DNA of 64,000 bases, from the NCBI RefSeq assembly GCF_009914755.1, contig NC_060944.1; one strand, written 5' to 3'. Position 1 is the stretch's first letter, and each line of letters starts with the position of its first letter. A program made the translations under genes and the position numbers. This DNA is from the human T2T-CHM13v2.0 reference genome, Homo sapiens. The notes beneath the pieces were generated by a model that searched no databases, had not been told where the DNA came from, and saw only the letters and a list, made by a program, of their open reading frames with translations. Of this stretch, positions 13,980 to 26,990 are shown piece by piece.

Positions 13980-15109
13980 TGTTATCCATTATCTTTTGCT
14001 GCATAAACAAACCTGCCCAAAATCTTTTGGCTTAAAACATCATTTTTTCCAACTCACTCTTCAGTGGGCTAGCAAACTAGGGCTGGGCTTAGCTGGAATG
14101 GTTCTTCTCTGTTCCACACAGTGTTGGCTTGACTCTTTCAGGCATTTGCATTCCGTTAGCAGGTCACCTGGGTCTGCGTGCTCTCACGTGACCTCATTCA
14201 CGTCTGGCAGTTGGCTGGGGCTTCTCCATTCTCATCTATATTGTCTCTACTAGAGTTTCTCTTGCACGTGTTCACACAGCAATAACATTGGAAAGCTGAG
14301 ACCAGAACCTGTGGGGCTTCTCGGGGGCCTAGGCTCGAAGTTAGATTGTCATATCCTCTCCGTTCAAGAGAATGGAGAATAGATGCCACATTTCTCTCTC
14401 TCTCTTTCTTTTTTTCTTTAGGCTTCAAATGAGTCCTTTAATTTGTATATCAAAGTCATTTTTTCGTGTAGTATATGAATGTTTAATAATTACACTCTAA
14501 TTTACTTGCCTTGTTTACTGATAGGCGTTTCCACATTTGCATTTCTGACATAACTTCTTAAAAAATTTTACTTCAATAGGTTTTTAGGGAGCAGGTGGTG
14601 TTTGGTTACATGAATAAATTCTTTAATGGTGATTTCTGAGATGTCGGTGCACACATCACTCGACAGTGTGTACTTTACCCCAATGTGTAGTCTTTTATCC
14701 CTCACCACCTCCCACCCTTTCCCCCAAGTCCCCACAGTTCATTTTATCATTCTTATGCCTTTGCATCTTCATAGCTTAGCTCCCACTTAGGAGTGAGAAC
14801 CTGTAATGTTTGGTTTTCCATTCCTGAGTTGCTTCACTTAGAATAATGGTCTCCAGCTCCATCCAGGTTGCTGCAAATGCCATTATTTCATTTCTTTTTA
14901 TGACTGAGTAGTATTCCATGGTGTGTGTGTGTGTATGTGTGTGTATGTATATATATATATATATATATAAAATCTATATCTCACATTTTCTTTATCTACT
15001 CATAGATAGCTGGGCATTTGGGCTGGTTCCGTATTTTTGCAGAAAAATAGACTGCATATCTCAATGAAAGAACTGCAAAGAAATGTGTGGTGTTTTATAA
15101 TCTGCCACA
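13980..15109 (-). mobile_element. MLT1 (G/H-like) LTR split by an L1PB insertion (LTR parts about 13980-14395 and 15043-15109)
   Basis: atcttttgctgcataaacaaacc...gggctgggcttagctgg...; terminus aactgcaaaga...tttataatctgccaca resumes after the insert. Confidence 0.75.
14560..15041 (-). mobile_element. L1PB 3' end, 5'-truncated; internal (TG)n(TA)n at 14921-14968
   Basis: ttcaataggtttttagggagcaggtggtgtttggttacatgaataa is the antisense of the L1PB1-type 3' terminus. Confidence 0.9.
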
Positions 15110-17017
15110 TTGTATCTTATTCTGTTGTATAATATAAATTGGTAGAAACTAAATATAAAAATAGCACCTAACTTTTATGATATTTTGGTGGTAATTTGGT
15201 ATGGTTAGATTTGTTTGAAAGCCAAATTAGAGTTCTACTTAGATGTCCCCATCATGGAACAGGGAATAAATTCTCCATTCTCTTCACAGCCAGTTAAGCG
15301 CAACTTATCATTTCTAATAAACTATACTCTTACTTCCCAGATGAGTTCTGCTAGTCTGTTCTTGTCAGAAAGACACATGAGCAGCAGCTTACCAGGTGGC
15401 TAGGTTAATTTTTAATTGTCATGTTTATTCCTGTGAAAAATAGATTTGCCTGATGAGCTGAGAAAAATGAAGGAGATGCAAAAATGGTGGGTTGAATTCT
15501 CACAGTGTCCAATTTACTGTCTTGGAAGATACACAATTGCTGTGTTGACGAGGGTTTGGGAAACAGATATCCTGGTGGTGGGAATATAAGTTGGCAGGTC
15601 CATTCTGAAGGGCACTTTGTAGATTTCTACGACATCCAGTCATATAACATTTTAAAAGTAGGCCTCACCTGTTCCTTCTTATTGGGCATACTTAGGGATC
15701 ATTTCCCCAAATGTGTTCCAAACGGCGCTAGTTCTAGTAGAAGTAAATGGGTGGCTCCAATCAAATGTTTTCTTGGGCAAACTAGTCTGGGAAATACATC
15801 ATATTTCCCATGCAAAGAGAACTATTTTCTGTGGGGCCTTGGGGAAGGGGGAAGGGAGTGCTGCTTCTAATAGCTCAGATTGCTCATATCTTCAGGATGG
15901 ACCAAGGAAACAAAGGCATTTTAAGGTACATTATTGTACTGTGGTCCCTCAACCCCAGAGATCTCTTGCCCAAATGGTAATGCAGCTGATTGTCCGTTGG
16001 GGCAATATCAAGCTCTGAACTTCAGTGGTATACTGTGCCAAGTTGTTTTCATTTAAAGATGTTAAAAAGAAAAACTGAAAGGCACAAGTTAAACCAGGGA
16101 GTTTTGTCCAGAGCAAAATGTGTCACTAAGAATTGTCAATTGGAAGTTTGCTGCTATCAATATTTGGGCCAAAAATATTTATGAAATTGCCAATCACACG
16201 CAGTTTCTCCATCGCCAAAACTATACTTCCTCTTTACTCCAATCTGGGGCAGAGAGTTATAGCCCAGAGTGTTGGTCAGTCAGTCTCTGAATTAACACAA
16301 CAACATTAACTAGTACCTGTTGAGACCTCACGTTGCATTAACTATGTGCTAGAAATACAGTGTTAGAAATGAAGGATGTTTCCACCATAACTGAGCTCTT
16401 CCCTCCAAATATTCACTCCCTTGTTTTTACTTTTCTTATTTAGAGAGACAGTATATAGCAACATGATCAATAGTATAAAGAAAATTGTGAAAAACTCTGA
16501 AATTCAGTGGGTGTCCTGACTATCCAACTGGGCTAGCTTTGCCTTTGTTTGCCACGGTCTCGTCAATTTTACAACTCTGTAAGAAAGCTGATAGAAATGC
16601 AAATAATTCCTGTCCATAGAACAGCAAATTGAGTTTGGAAAAATGGAATTGATTATTGCTGTGTGGATATTGACTGCTTTTGCTAGTTCTGCAATCGTTT
16701 GTAAATTCATTTCTGCTTTCCTTATCTGACTATAAAGATTCTTTTTGAACCATGTCAAAACTAGTCGTTCTCTCATTAGGTAATACGTTACATAATTTTT
16801 TGACATTTTATCTTTTATTTGTGTGTCATGATTATGTCCTCTTATAAAAGTTATCCTTGAATACTAGCGTGTACTCTTAAGTCTAGTTGCCTGAGTTCAA
16901 AGTCAATTGTCTGGCTCTGCCACTTACTTGAAGGGACTTACTTACTTTGCTCCAGTTTACCTAAATCTGAGCCTTTGTTGACAGGCTTATTTTGTAGAAT
17001 GAGAATAATTGTAGTAT

Positions 17018-17634
17018 TGTCAGAGGCATTTGAACCAGAGCTACTCCATCTTGAATAGGGGCTGCGTAAAATAAGGCTAAGACCTACTGGGGCTGTATTC
17101 CCAGGAGGTTAGGCGTTTTAGTCACAGGGTGAGGTAGGAGGTTGGCACAAGATACAGGTCATAAAGACGCTGCTGATAAAACAGGATGTGGTAAAGAGGC
17201 AGGCCAAAACCCACCAAAACCAAGATGGCGATGAAAGTGACCTCTGGTCGTCCTCACTGCTCATTATATGCTAATTATAATGCATTAGGATGCTAAAAGG
17301 CCCTCCCACCAGCGCCATGACAGTTTACAAATGCCATGGCAATGTCCAGGAATTACCCTATATGGTCAAAAAAGAAAAGGAACTCTCAGTTCTGGGGGAA
17401 ATCCATACCCCTTTCCTGGAAAACTTACGAATAATCCACCCCTTGTTTAGCATATAACCAAGAAATAACTACAAGTACACTCAGTCAAGCAGCCTATGTA
17501 GCCATTCTTTATTCCTTGACTTTCTTAATAAACTTGCTTTCACTTTACTCTATGGATTTACCCTGAATTCTTTCTTGCTTGAGGTCCAAGAACCTTCTCT
17601 TGGGGGCCTGGATTGGAACCCCTTTCTGGTAACA
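17018..17634 (+). mobile_element. MER41B solo LTR (ERV1) inserted in a MIR
   Basis: TGTCAGAGGCATTTGAACCAGAG...CCCCTTTCTGGTAACA; 4-bp TSD gtat 17014-17017 / 17635-17638; about 617 bp. Confidence 0.92.
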
Positions 17635-18154
17635 GTATCTAACTAGTTGAGTTGTTGTGTGGATTAAATGATATACTATGTGTTAAGTACCAGTATCTAG
17701 TTAAGCCCTGAAAAATAGGTGCTACCATTATTAATTATCAATATTTATGGAGCAGCAGCTGTTTGACATCAGGGAGGGAACAAAATATACATGGCCTCTG
17801 GATTCATGGAACCTGCAGCCTGGTGACTACTCTGAGAAGCTAGTCACTTGCAAAGCAATTTGAAACACCACTGCAAGAAAAAGCACAGTCATGCCTCTCC
17901 ATTGCATGAGTTGCTTTCTTGTAAAGAAGTGCTTAGTGCGAGCATTACATTTAGACTTTTACTGTCTTCCCTATACATTTATTTCCAAGTTAATACCCAA
18001 TGATGAGCTACTTGAATTAAATTCTTGTAAGTTTTAATCTCATTCTACCTAATGTGTTTGATAATAGGGTGGCTCTTTCTAAAAACCAAGATTAACTATG
18101 TCCCCTTGGGAAAACGTAATTAAGCTGTGAAAGACACAGGCCAGAGGCACTCCA

Positions 18155-18185
18155 AAGCCTTGCTGTTCAGAATGTGGCACAGGCT

Positions 18186-18217
<32 letters not shown>

Positions 18218-18330
18218 GCAGGGAGCTTGTTAAAATGCAGGTGCTGTCTCAGGCTTCCTGGATCAGAATCTGCATTTTAATATGATCTCCAGGTGATTTG
18301 GATGCGCATAAAAGTTTTTAAAGTATTTCT
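18155..18330. mobile_element. MER5A containing a CAG repeat
   Basis: gggagcttgttaaaatgcag...atcagaatctgcattttaa...ccaggtgatt. Confidence 0.8.
18186..18221 (+). repeat. (CAG)4 CAA (CAG)7 trinucleotide repeat
   Basis: Direct reading. Confidence 0.98.
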
Positions 18331-18767
18331 CTGGAAATTCTGACTCCCTCTCCCCACCTAACCCACAGATATATCTCTAGCTGGATGAGTTGCGTGTTTT
18401 AAGCATGAACCAGCCTCACCACTCAGTACTGTGAATTTATAAGTATTAGTTCTATTGCAATCTCCTTGAGAGGTAGGTCTCCTTTTCATTAATTTACCCT
18501 TAGCAATTAGTATTGTAGCACATAGCACATTGTAAACCCTCTCTAAATACTGGTTGACTGGCTGAATGGATCTGAATTTCCCAACATCATTAGCTCTATA
18601 CAATTTAGCATCGAGCTGGATTTTTCCAATGAGGCAAACACGTTCTCATGAAGCTCTTCAAAGACACACAAGGAGAAGGTTCTAACACATGGGCCTGATG
18701 AATTATGTGTTTTTGATGACTCATTAAAGGAAGAGGGAGAGGTGAAACCAAGGGTTACTCTATTCCA

Positions 18768-18920
18768 GGAGGCAGCGTTGTGTAATGATAAACACACACA
18801 TTTTGATGCCTCCAAAGTCTAGGCTCAAATCCTGGTTCTGTTCCCTACCAGCTTTATAGTATTGTGCCAAATTTCTCTGAGCCTCAGTTTCCTCATCTCT
18901 CAAGTGGGAAATATAATAAG
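18768..18920 (+). mobile_element. MIR (continues about 19340-19400 after the LTR)
   Basis: tcaaatcctggttctg...ctctgagcctcagtttcctcatct. Confidence 0.85.
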
Positions 18921-18924
18921 CTTA

Positions 18925-19332
18925 TGCCTTAGCTTGGATTTCCCTGAAAGCAAATTCTGAGATAGGGATTTGGGTGAAGATAGTTTATGGGGGCAGGGAG
19001 GGATGGAGGATCCTTGGTATTGAGAATGAAGTAGTGGGAAGAGTAAACAAAGGACTAAGAAAAGTCATAAGCATTTTGATCAAGAACCTGCTGAGAAACA
19101 TAGGGAATGCCTCCCAGAATGGTTCATTAGAAGGATGGGAGGTAGGTCCCCCATTGGTTGAGGGGTGTCCTCAACAGTAGTAATTCCTTCGCAATGGCTT
19201 GTCCCAGGTGAGCCTGTTCTCAGGAGGCAGAAGCAGAAACTGGGGTGCTTGAGGTGCACCTGAGACTGAACAAAGCTGGCCTCTGCAGCTGCAGATGAAC
19301 TCAGAGGTCACAGCACCATCAATGTCTGTTAC
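18925..19332. mobile_element. LTR16-like ERVL LTR
   Basis: tgccttagcttggatttccctgaaagcaaattctgagatagggattt...tgtctgttaca; flanks gctta/gcttt. Confidence 0.6.
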
Positions 19333-20539
19333 AGCTTTCCAAGAGGATCCAGTGAAATCACATTTGCAAAGCCAGGTATCACAAGTGCTCGAAAAATGCT
19401 AGGAGTGTCACCCACTCAGTGCTGCTTTGGGGAGCTTCAGTTTCACTCCTCACTTTCGAGAAGTGCAAACAATTCTGTTGACACTTTCCCATCCTTGCAT
19501 TCTCTCTCCTTCCTCTTCTTCTCACTCTGTATGCCCTCAAATAAGAATAAATCTTGTCTGGATGGCAATAAGAAGCAAATCTAATCAGATTTGGGAGATG
19601 TGGTCAAAGCTCAGAGAATAAACGGTTATACAGATCCTTTCCCGTTCCGTTTCTGTTTCCAGCCTGCCATTTTTACCTCACTGCAAAGAGAAAATGGAAT
19701 TGATGGAGATATAGGAAAAATATGTATGTATGTGTGTATAGATACAAACCAATATATCTATATATATTTACATTGGTACCCAGTAAGAGTGAAAACTCTA
19801 AATGGTTGTTGTCAGGGACAATGTGTGTTTTCCCAGATTTTGTTCTGTGAATTGAAACCGACTTTGCTATTATAAATGCATCACTATAATTGCCCTGATT
19901 TAGCCTGGCAGTTATGACTCCTGCTCAGAGCCAAATGTCTCCCAGCCAAGACCCAGTGAGCTTGCCAAATTGTTTCACCTCTTTTATTGTCAGAACTCAT
20001 CGCCCCTCCTCACACTGTTGTGCTTTTCTATAATATTTTAGGTATATTAATCATAAATCCTGGAATTGTTTATCTACAAAAAATTGAAGTCAGGGAGTCA
20101 TGGAATAGTCATTTATCATGGGCTTTGGCTCAGTGACTTGAAACTAAAAGTAGAAGAAAAACAAAAGCACTGATTGTGTAGAGGTGGCCAAATGCCTGGA
20201 GGTTAAGTGAAATGAAATTAAAGAAAAAAGAAGTCCTCTCTGATCCTTAGCAGAAATTATTCACTTTCTGAAAGAAGCTTTTTCTCTATTGAGACTTCTA
20301 TTTGGAAATGTATATTATAGATTTTTTTTTGCCTGTTAATCTGCTAAATGTTCATTTAACAATAGAAAATGTTTGATAATAAAACCATTGCTTTTTCTGA
20401 TAGAGGTACTTCAATTATGAGGATTTTATAAACGTGTTCTAAGTATTCAATGCTTAATAGTGGGGTTGCTATACTATTGGGTGAGATATCAACCTGGTGT
20501 GCTGGCAGACTTACTTCTACACAGAAAGAGACTTTTTGA

Positions 20540-20712
20540 GAATGAAGCCAATACAAGCAAAACAGAGCCTAGATGTTGATGACACCTGATGGTCCTGGAT
20601 ACAACCATGCCTGAAGCTGGTTTTCCTGCTGCATGAGCTAATATTCCAGCTTTTACTTAACCCATTTTTAGCCAAATTTCTATAACTTGCCCTTAAAAGT
20701 CCTAATTAATAC
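20540..20712 (+). mobile_element. Old MLT1 LTR 3' fragment
   Basis: ccatgcctgaagct...aacttgcccttaaaagtcctaattaataca. Confidence 0.6.
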
Positions 20713-21009
20713 ATTTGTCCAGCATGTCACCTGCTTTTATCATTTTTAAGACAAAAGTTATCTAACTCAGCCTGAAATGTAAAATCTCAAAGAAAAGTGC
20801 GTTGAATATGTGCTGCTGAAATGTGTGCTTCCATCATTAAAAAAATCCACCTGACATTTCAATTTAAATAATGGACTTACAGCTTTCATTAATATTTAAA
20901 ATAGCATTGTATGTTTTGCAAGATTAAAAGTGATACAAGCAGAATCAGGGTTATTATTTAACAGGACAGGTGACTTTGTTTATTTAATATTATAATAAAT
21001 GTTATTAAA

Positions 21010-21210
21010 TATTGAGATAAGAACATTTAACATGAGATCTATCCACTTAGGGAATTTTTAAGTTTACAATACACCATTGTTGGCTATGGGACAGTGTTGT
21101 AGATTATATCTCTAGAACTGTCCCATCTTAATTAACTGAAATTTGTGCCCAACTTTCCCACTTCCCTCTTCTCCAAGTCCCTCATTCCAGTCTTTGACTC
21201 TGTGAATTTG
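21010..21210 (-). mobile_element. L1MA9/10-like 3' fragment
   Basis: taagaacatttaacatgagatctatcc...tctctagaact. Confidence 0.7.
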
Positions 21211-21908
21211 TAGTTGTAAAACACACTAAAAAGTTATCACAGGCATTTTAATGTTCTGGAGGCTTGACCAACATCTGCTGCATGTCTAGGTATTTCTGAA
21301 GTCATCTCTAAAAAGGTAAAACTTGGAAATAATCCTATTTCAGTAGAGTAATTGACATCTTGCAGATATTATAATAGAGCAGAGAAGTGGGATCAAGTTA
21401 TCAAAATGTACTTGGCATATTTTATTGATCGTTTTTTTCCTGGTTTAAAAACTGAGAAAAGGAAGCCCAGGTGTTTGTAAACAACATTTCATGTGACCCA
21501 TCTCCATATATACCACCTTCTGGTAGCTTCCACACATTTGATCTACTCATGCCTTTTCCATACCCCACCAAGGTCATTTAGTAAAGAGAAGGAGAGATTT
21601 GGAGTGTGCAATCACAAGTGTGGATAGTGAGAAGTGATTAATAGAAGTAGGTAGGCAAAATGCATCTTCTGTAAAAGGGATGTGGAGCTGTTGTAGAGTT
21701 GTTCTCTAGTTTACACCTTAACAAATAGCAGTTTAGAGATTGCTTGTGGGGGTTGTTAGTGTGTTAGGTTATAGGATTAGCTATGTTGTTGTGGCGATTT
21801 GCTTAATTAATGGCAACAACTGGATGTTGAAATTGGGTGGTAGTTTGAATGTTTGGTAGCACATGATTCTATCGTGGAGAGTGTTTATGCTTTTAAATGA
21901 TGATGTTT

Positions 21909-22343
21909 TAAAAAGGCAAAATCCTGACCTTCATGCAAATACAAAATGAAGATGTGTCAAAGATTTTCTTTCATTTATTAATTGATAAGGGAATCAATAA
22001 GATGTTACAACTGGTGCAAAGGAGAATCCAAAGAACAGACAAATATATAGCTCATCAAATGCTGAAATGAATTTCTTTAGTAAATACAAAACTAGTCAAT
22101 ATCCACTGGACAATAATCAATGGCATGCCACCAAATATAGTTGGCATTCCTGTGGACAAGAGTCATTTCCATTCCTCTTAGTTTTTAGCTCAAAGACAAT
22201 GAAACATGGAGATAACCTTGATGTATGAGCTGGACAAGGAATCTACTAATCTTAATTTTGTTCCTAATGGAAAATCTTTCACATGTCTTCATAATGTCTC
22301 AGCACAAGATGCTTCTTTTATGGGAAATTTTGTCTTGCTATCA
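21909..22343 (-). mobile_element. Putative ERV solo LTR (family not identified)
   Basis: About 435 bp; minus strand starts TGATAGCAAG; AATAAA near its 3' end; 5-bp flanks tgttt 21904-21908 / 22344-22348. Confidence 0.5.
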
Positions 22344-22344
22344 T

Positions 22345-23215
22345 GTTTAGAATAAAATCCCAACTCCTTAGCATGACCACAGAAACTTTACAATGCGAGT
22401 CTTTCCTATCTTCCTGATCTTATATCTAACATCTTCCCACTTCTTTCCCTGCCACTTCCTACTCACTTTTTTCCCCTTTGCCTTGAATGTCAGAAACCTC
22501 CCAGAGTTGAGCACCTGGTGTATTAGTCCGTTCTCACACTGCTATAAGGACATACCTGAGACTCAGTAACTTATAAAGGAAAGAGGTTTAATTGACTCAC
22601 AGTTCAGCATGGCTGGAGAGGCCTCAGGAAACTTACAATCATGGTGGAAGGGGAAGCAAACATGTCTTTCTTCACAGGGAAGCAGGAAGGAGAAGAATGA
22701 GAGACAACTGAAGGGGGAAGCTCCTTATAAAATCCTCAGATCTCGTGAAATCTTACTGGCCTCTCAAGAATAGCATGGGGAAAACCACCCCCATGATTCA
22801 ATTAGCTCCCACCAGGTCCCTCCCATGACACATGAGGATTATGGGAACTACAATTCAAGATGAGATTTTGGTGGGGACCCAGCCAAACTATATCATCTGG
22901 GTATGCTGTCTTCTTCAACTAGAAAACTCTGGCTCTGTATTTACAGGTTTCAGTTCAAATCCCACCTTCTGAGCGACATTTTTCTGACCATCCAATCAAA
23001 AGTATTTATCTGTGTCAATCTCCCTCATACTACCCTTCTTGATCCTCTTCATAGCACTTATTATTCCAAGCAACCTTGTATAATTTTACGGATTACATTT
23101 TATATATTGTCCACCCCTTCCCCTACTGTAAGCTCAATGAGGACAGTGAATTTGTCTTATTCACTGCTGTATCCCTGGTTCCTAGGACAGTGTCTAGCAC
23201 ATGGAAGCTACTGTA
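22345..23215 (+). mobile_element. L2 3' region interrupted by THE1
   Basis: agaataaaatcccaactcctt...ctgtaagctcaatgaggacag...cactgctgtatccctggttcctaggacagtgtctagcaca. Confidence 0.75.
22519..22895 (-). mobile_element. THE1C/D solo LTR
   Basis: tgtattagtccgttctcacactgctataagg...ccaaactatatca; TSD cctgg/tctgg. Confidence 0.93.
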
Positions 23216-23299
23216 TAATTATTTATATGTTTAAAACTATATTTATTCTTTGGAAATTTATTTGTGCAGTACTGTCTTAGTTATGATAACTTTAGACAA

Positions 23300-23700
23300 C
23301 CCTACCTATTGCAGATGTAACCCCCAATCCCCAAGTCTCTGTGGCTTTAATGCAACAAAAGCTCATTTCTTGTTTAGGTAAGAGTCCAGGAAAGGTGTCC
23401 TGGTTGGATGGCTTTTGTCTAAAGTCCTGGATTCATGGATCCAACTTCCTTACATCCTGCTCTCACACCATTTGCAATACCTGGCTTCCAAGGTTGCTTG
23501 GTTCATCTGGAATGAGTCAAAGAAGGGAAGATATATGGGAAGGTTTATGGGCAGACTGGGAAGTGGTATACATCACTTCCTTCATATTCCATTGTCTGGA
23601 ATTCAGTTATGTAGCCATGCCTATCTACAAAAAAGAGAGAGAGAACTCTGCTCCAGCCCTGCACCCAGAAAGTAAAGAAAATGTGCTGGGCATTGTGCTG
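23300..23700 (-). mobile_element. MLT1J-like LTR
   Basis: gtggctttaatgcaacaaaagctcatttct...cacttccttcatattccattgtctggaattcagttat. Confidence 0.65.
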
Positions 23701-24926
23701 GAAACAGGGACTTAGCTGTGAGCAAATGAATATTTTCAAAATTAGAGCTTTTATGAGTATAGGATAAGTTGTTCCGGACAGAAATGCTTATCAAAAAAAA
23801 ATTTAAGATTTTAAATATTTTGTTGTAAAAAATCAGAGAATATATGAAACAAGGGATTACAAGTTAATATTTGGAAATAATATTTTCGGGCCAAGCCTAA
23901 ACAAAGGATTTGAAAAGAAGAAAGTATAGCAGAGGGAATTTGAAAGCAGAAATATGTTAGATAAAGCAGCTTTTGGCTCTAAAAGCCAAAATCAAATATT
24001 ATGTTTTCCAAAAGAGATTTCAGGTATAAAGTTGAACTTTGTCACCTGAAATAACTGAATTATATTCTCTTTCCTGTTTGTAGACACTCAACCCTATAAT
24101 GATAGTTGAATCTAATAAAATGCAAATACTCATTTTAACTGGAGTCGACTGATTTTATAGACACAATTGTTACTAGATTTTCCTATGAGAATGATGACAT
24201 AATTGAATTGCTCCTTTTAATCCTTTTTCTTAATATCTGTTTAGATGGAAATAAGAATTTTGCCAATAGGAACATATTAACTGGATTAATTTCCAGTTCT
24301 GTGGGACATTTTTTTCCTCTATAAGAAAAAACATCTCTCCACTCAGTATAGATCCACTATGACAAATTAGTATTGTCCTTTGTTCACAGCTCACAGTAAG
24401 AGAAATGTAAGCAGGTATTAGCCACCCCCTGCTCTTCCAATAGAGGGTAATTTTAATGTCTTGCAATTTGAAGACTTAAAAAAGAAATCACACCAAGGTA
24501 AATCATTCCTTTCAAAATCCAGTAATAGAATTTGTCATGAAGGTCAAAATTATCTAGGAAAGAGAGAGCTAATTCATGTGTGTAAAGCAAAAGTGGGCTG
24601 TAGGTTAATACTTAGGTTTAGTGAAATGTTGACTTTTGGCTTCTATGTTTTTATAGGTTATTAAATAAATCAGCCTAGAAAATGATTTGCTTTACTCACA
24701 CTGTGCTTATGAAGCAACACAGCAACCAAGCCAAGCCTAACTTTTCAGTATCAATCTCATCTATAGACTTTGGTTTGGCTGTCTTAATATGTTTGAGAAA
24801 CAATCCTCTTAAAGATTGTAATTACAACCTGTTGGGATTGTAGCTATTTTGTAGTTAGCAATAAGAAATTTGCCTACATCAAATAGGGAGTGATGGCATG
24901 TGCCCTCTCTTCTAAGACACTTACAG

Positions 24927-25418
24927 TGTATTAGTTATCTATTGCTACCTAACAAATTACTCCAGAACAGTGGCTGAAAACAACAAACAGTTATTATGTC
25001 ACATGGTTTCTTAAGTCAAAAATTCCAGAGCAGCTTAGATGGGTGTCTCTGGCTGAGGTCTGCCTTGAAGGCCCAGTCCAGACATCACTGGGGCTGCAGT
25101 CGTTTGAAGGCACGATGGGGGCTGGAGGATTCACCTCCAAGAAGGGTCATGGTGCAGGTTGTTGCCAGGAGGCCTCAGCTCCTCACCATGAGAACTTTTC
25201 CATGGGCTGCTTAGGTATCCTCATGTTATTACATGTGGCTTTCCCCAGTGTGAGTGATCCAAGAGGGCAAAATGGTACCCGCAACTTCACTTATGACAAG
25301 CTTCGGAAGTCACACTCTGTCTTTTTACAATATCCTAGTCAGCCCTATTCAATGTGAGAGGTTTTGACATATGAGAAGATGGGGATTGTTGAGACCATCT
25401 TGGAGGCTGGCTACCACA
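24927..25418 (-). mobile_element. MLT1F-like solo LTR
   Basis: tgtattagttatctattgct...ccatcttggaggctggctaccaca. Confidence 0.85.
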
Positions 25419-26279
25419 ATAAATTTATTGTGAAATAAATTAGAAGGCATATCACAATTTTGAGGGTCTTTAAGTTGGTAAATGACAAATAAATAAATAC
25501 GTGCAACTTAGCAGAAATATGGTATTTTGCTATTTAAGAGCAAACTGGTAATCATGAGATAAACTTTTGATGGACCTTGAAATGCACTAACTCATAGGCT
25601 TAATAGCAACAATTCTTTGTTCTATGTAATTAACACACTGGCTCAAAAAACAAGTATCTATTTCTGGCAGGGAGAATAAAGCAGAAAACAATCACACTAT
25701 AGTTTTCTCTGGAATGTATCAGCAAATATGTACCCTTCTGTACACTTAGCTGGTGAACATCCAAGAAGCTATTTGACTTTCTCAAGAGATGGTAGATTCC
25801 TGCTAGAGTCTAGTTCTCAACGATATTTGTTAGTATATTATCTTAAAAGCCTCCTACATTTAACTTTTGAAACCCGTTTTATGAAGCATTTAAATGTGAA
25901 GTTTGTTGAATTATCTGCAAGTAATACGGTTATTTTATACATGGAACCAGTAGGCGTGAATATGAGAAAAAGATGGGATTACTCATGGACCATTGATTTT
26001 TTCATTTGCTATTGTAGTAAATCCTCTAGTTTACCTTGTATTAGATCAATTAAACCTAGAGTCATAAGACTTTGTTTCAAACTAACTGTGAACTTGGACC
26101 AATCAATCAGTCACTAAGCCTATGAGTTAGTGCATTTCAAGGTCAATCAAAAGTTTATCTCATGATTACCAGTTTGCTCTTAAATAGTAAAATACCATAT
26201 TTCTGCTAAGTTGCACGTATTTATTTATTTGTCATTTACCAACTTAAAAACCTCTCCAAGTCTAAATTTCCTCTTATAT

Positions 26280-26990
26280 AATGTTCATTCATTTATGTGC
26301 CTATCACAGGTATTTGTGTCTTATACTATTCTAGAAGTTGGAAATGCAGTGATGAACAAGAGAGAGAGTTCCTTCTCACATGCCCTTACATTTTAGTGGG
26401 GGGCACAAAATAATCACATAGCTATACGACAAGGCAGTTGATATGTGCTAGGAGGAAACATTATCAGGGTTGTGGAGGGTGCAATTTCAGATAAGAAGTT
26501 AGGGAAGGCTGCTCTGTTGAGAACAGACCTCTGAAGGAAAGAAGGCACAGGGTCATACAGAAACCCGGAGGCAGGGTTTAAGGCAATACATTGGAAAGTG
26601 TCTGATGTGTTTTAGGAACAGAAGGACCACCAGGTGGTTCAAACCCAAAGAGTTATGAGAAGGGAAGTGTGAAGTTTGTCGAGATGATGAGAGCTGTCTG
26701 TGTTTCACCATAAGGATTCTGGAATTTATCTGACAGACCGAGGAAGCCACTGTAGGATTTTGAGCAGAGAAGTGACATCATCTGACTTAGGTTTTAAAGG
26801 TATCAATGTGGCTGCTGGGTGAAAAATGAATAATAAGGAATCAAATAGGGATGAATTGTCATTGAATGGAGCAACACTTGCATTAGCCGAGGTGAAAGGC
26901 AAAAGCGATTGTGTGGGTATTGCCAGTGGGCAGAGTTGGGGAGAAATGGTTGCAGTCTAGATGCCTTTCAAAGGTACTATCTCTTTGTCT
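26280..26990 (-). mobile_element. L2
   Basis: ttcattcattt...gcagtgatgaacaagag...ggaagccactgtaggattttgagcagagaagtgacatcatctgacttagg. Confidence 0.8.

Noticed and set aside
18186-18221. PolyQ-coding exon
   Set aside because: Inside MER5A, with no ORF or splice context
19663-19782. Possible exon after a strong acceptor (ttccgtttctgtttccag)
   Set aside because: Donor is mediocre and the body is low-complexity; isolated splice-like motifs are common
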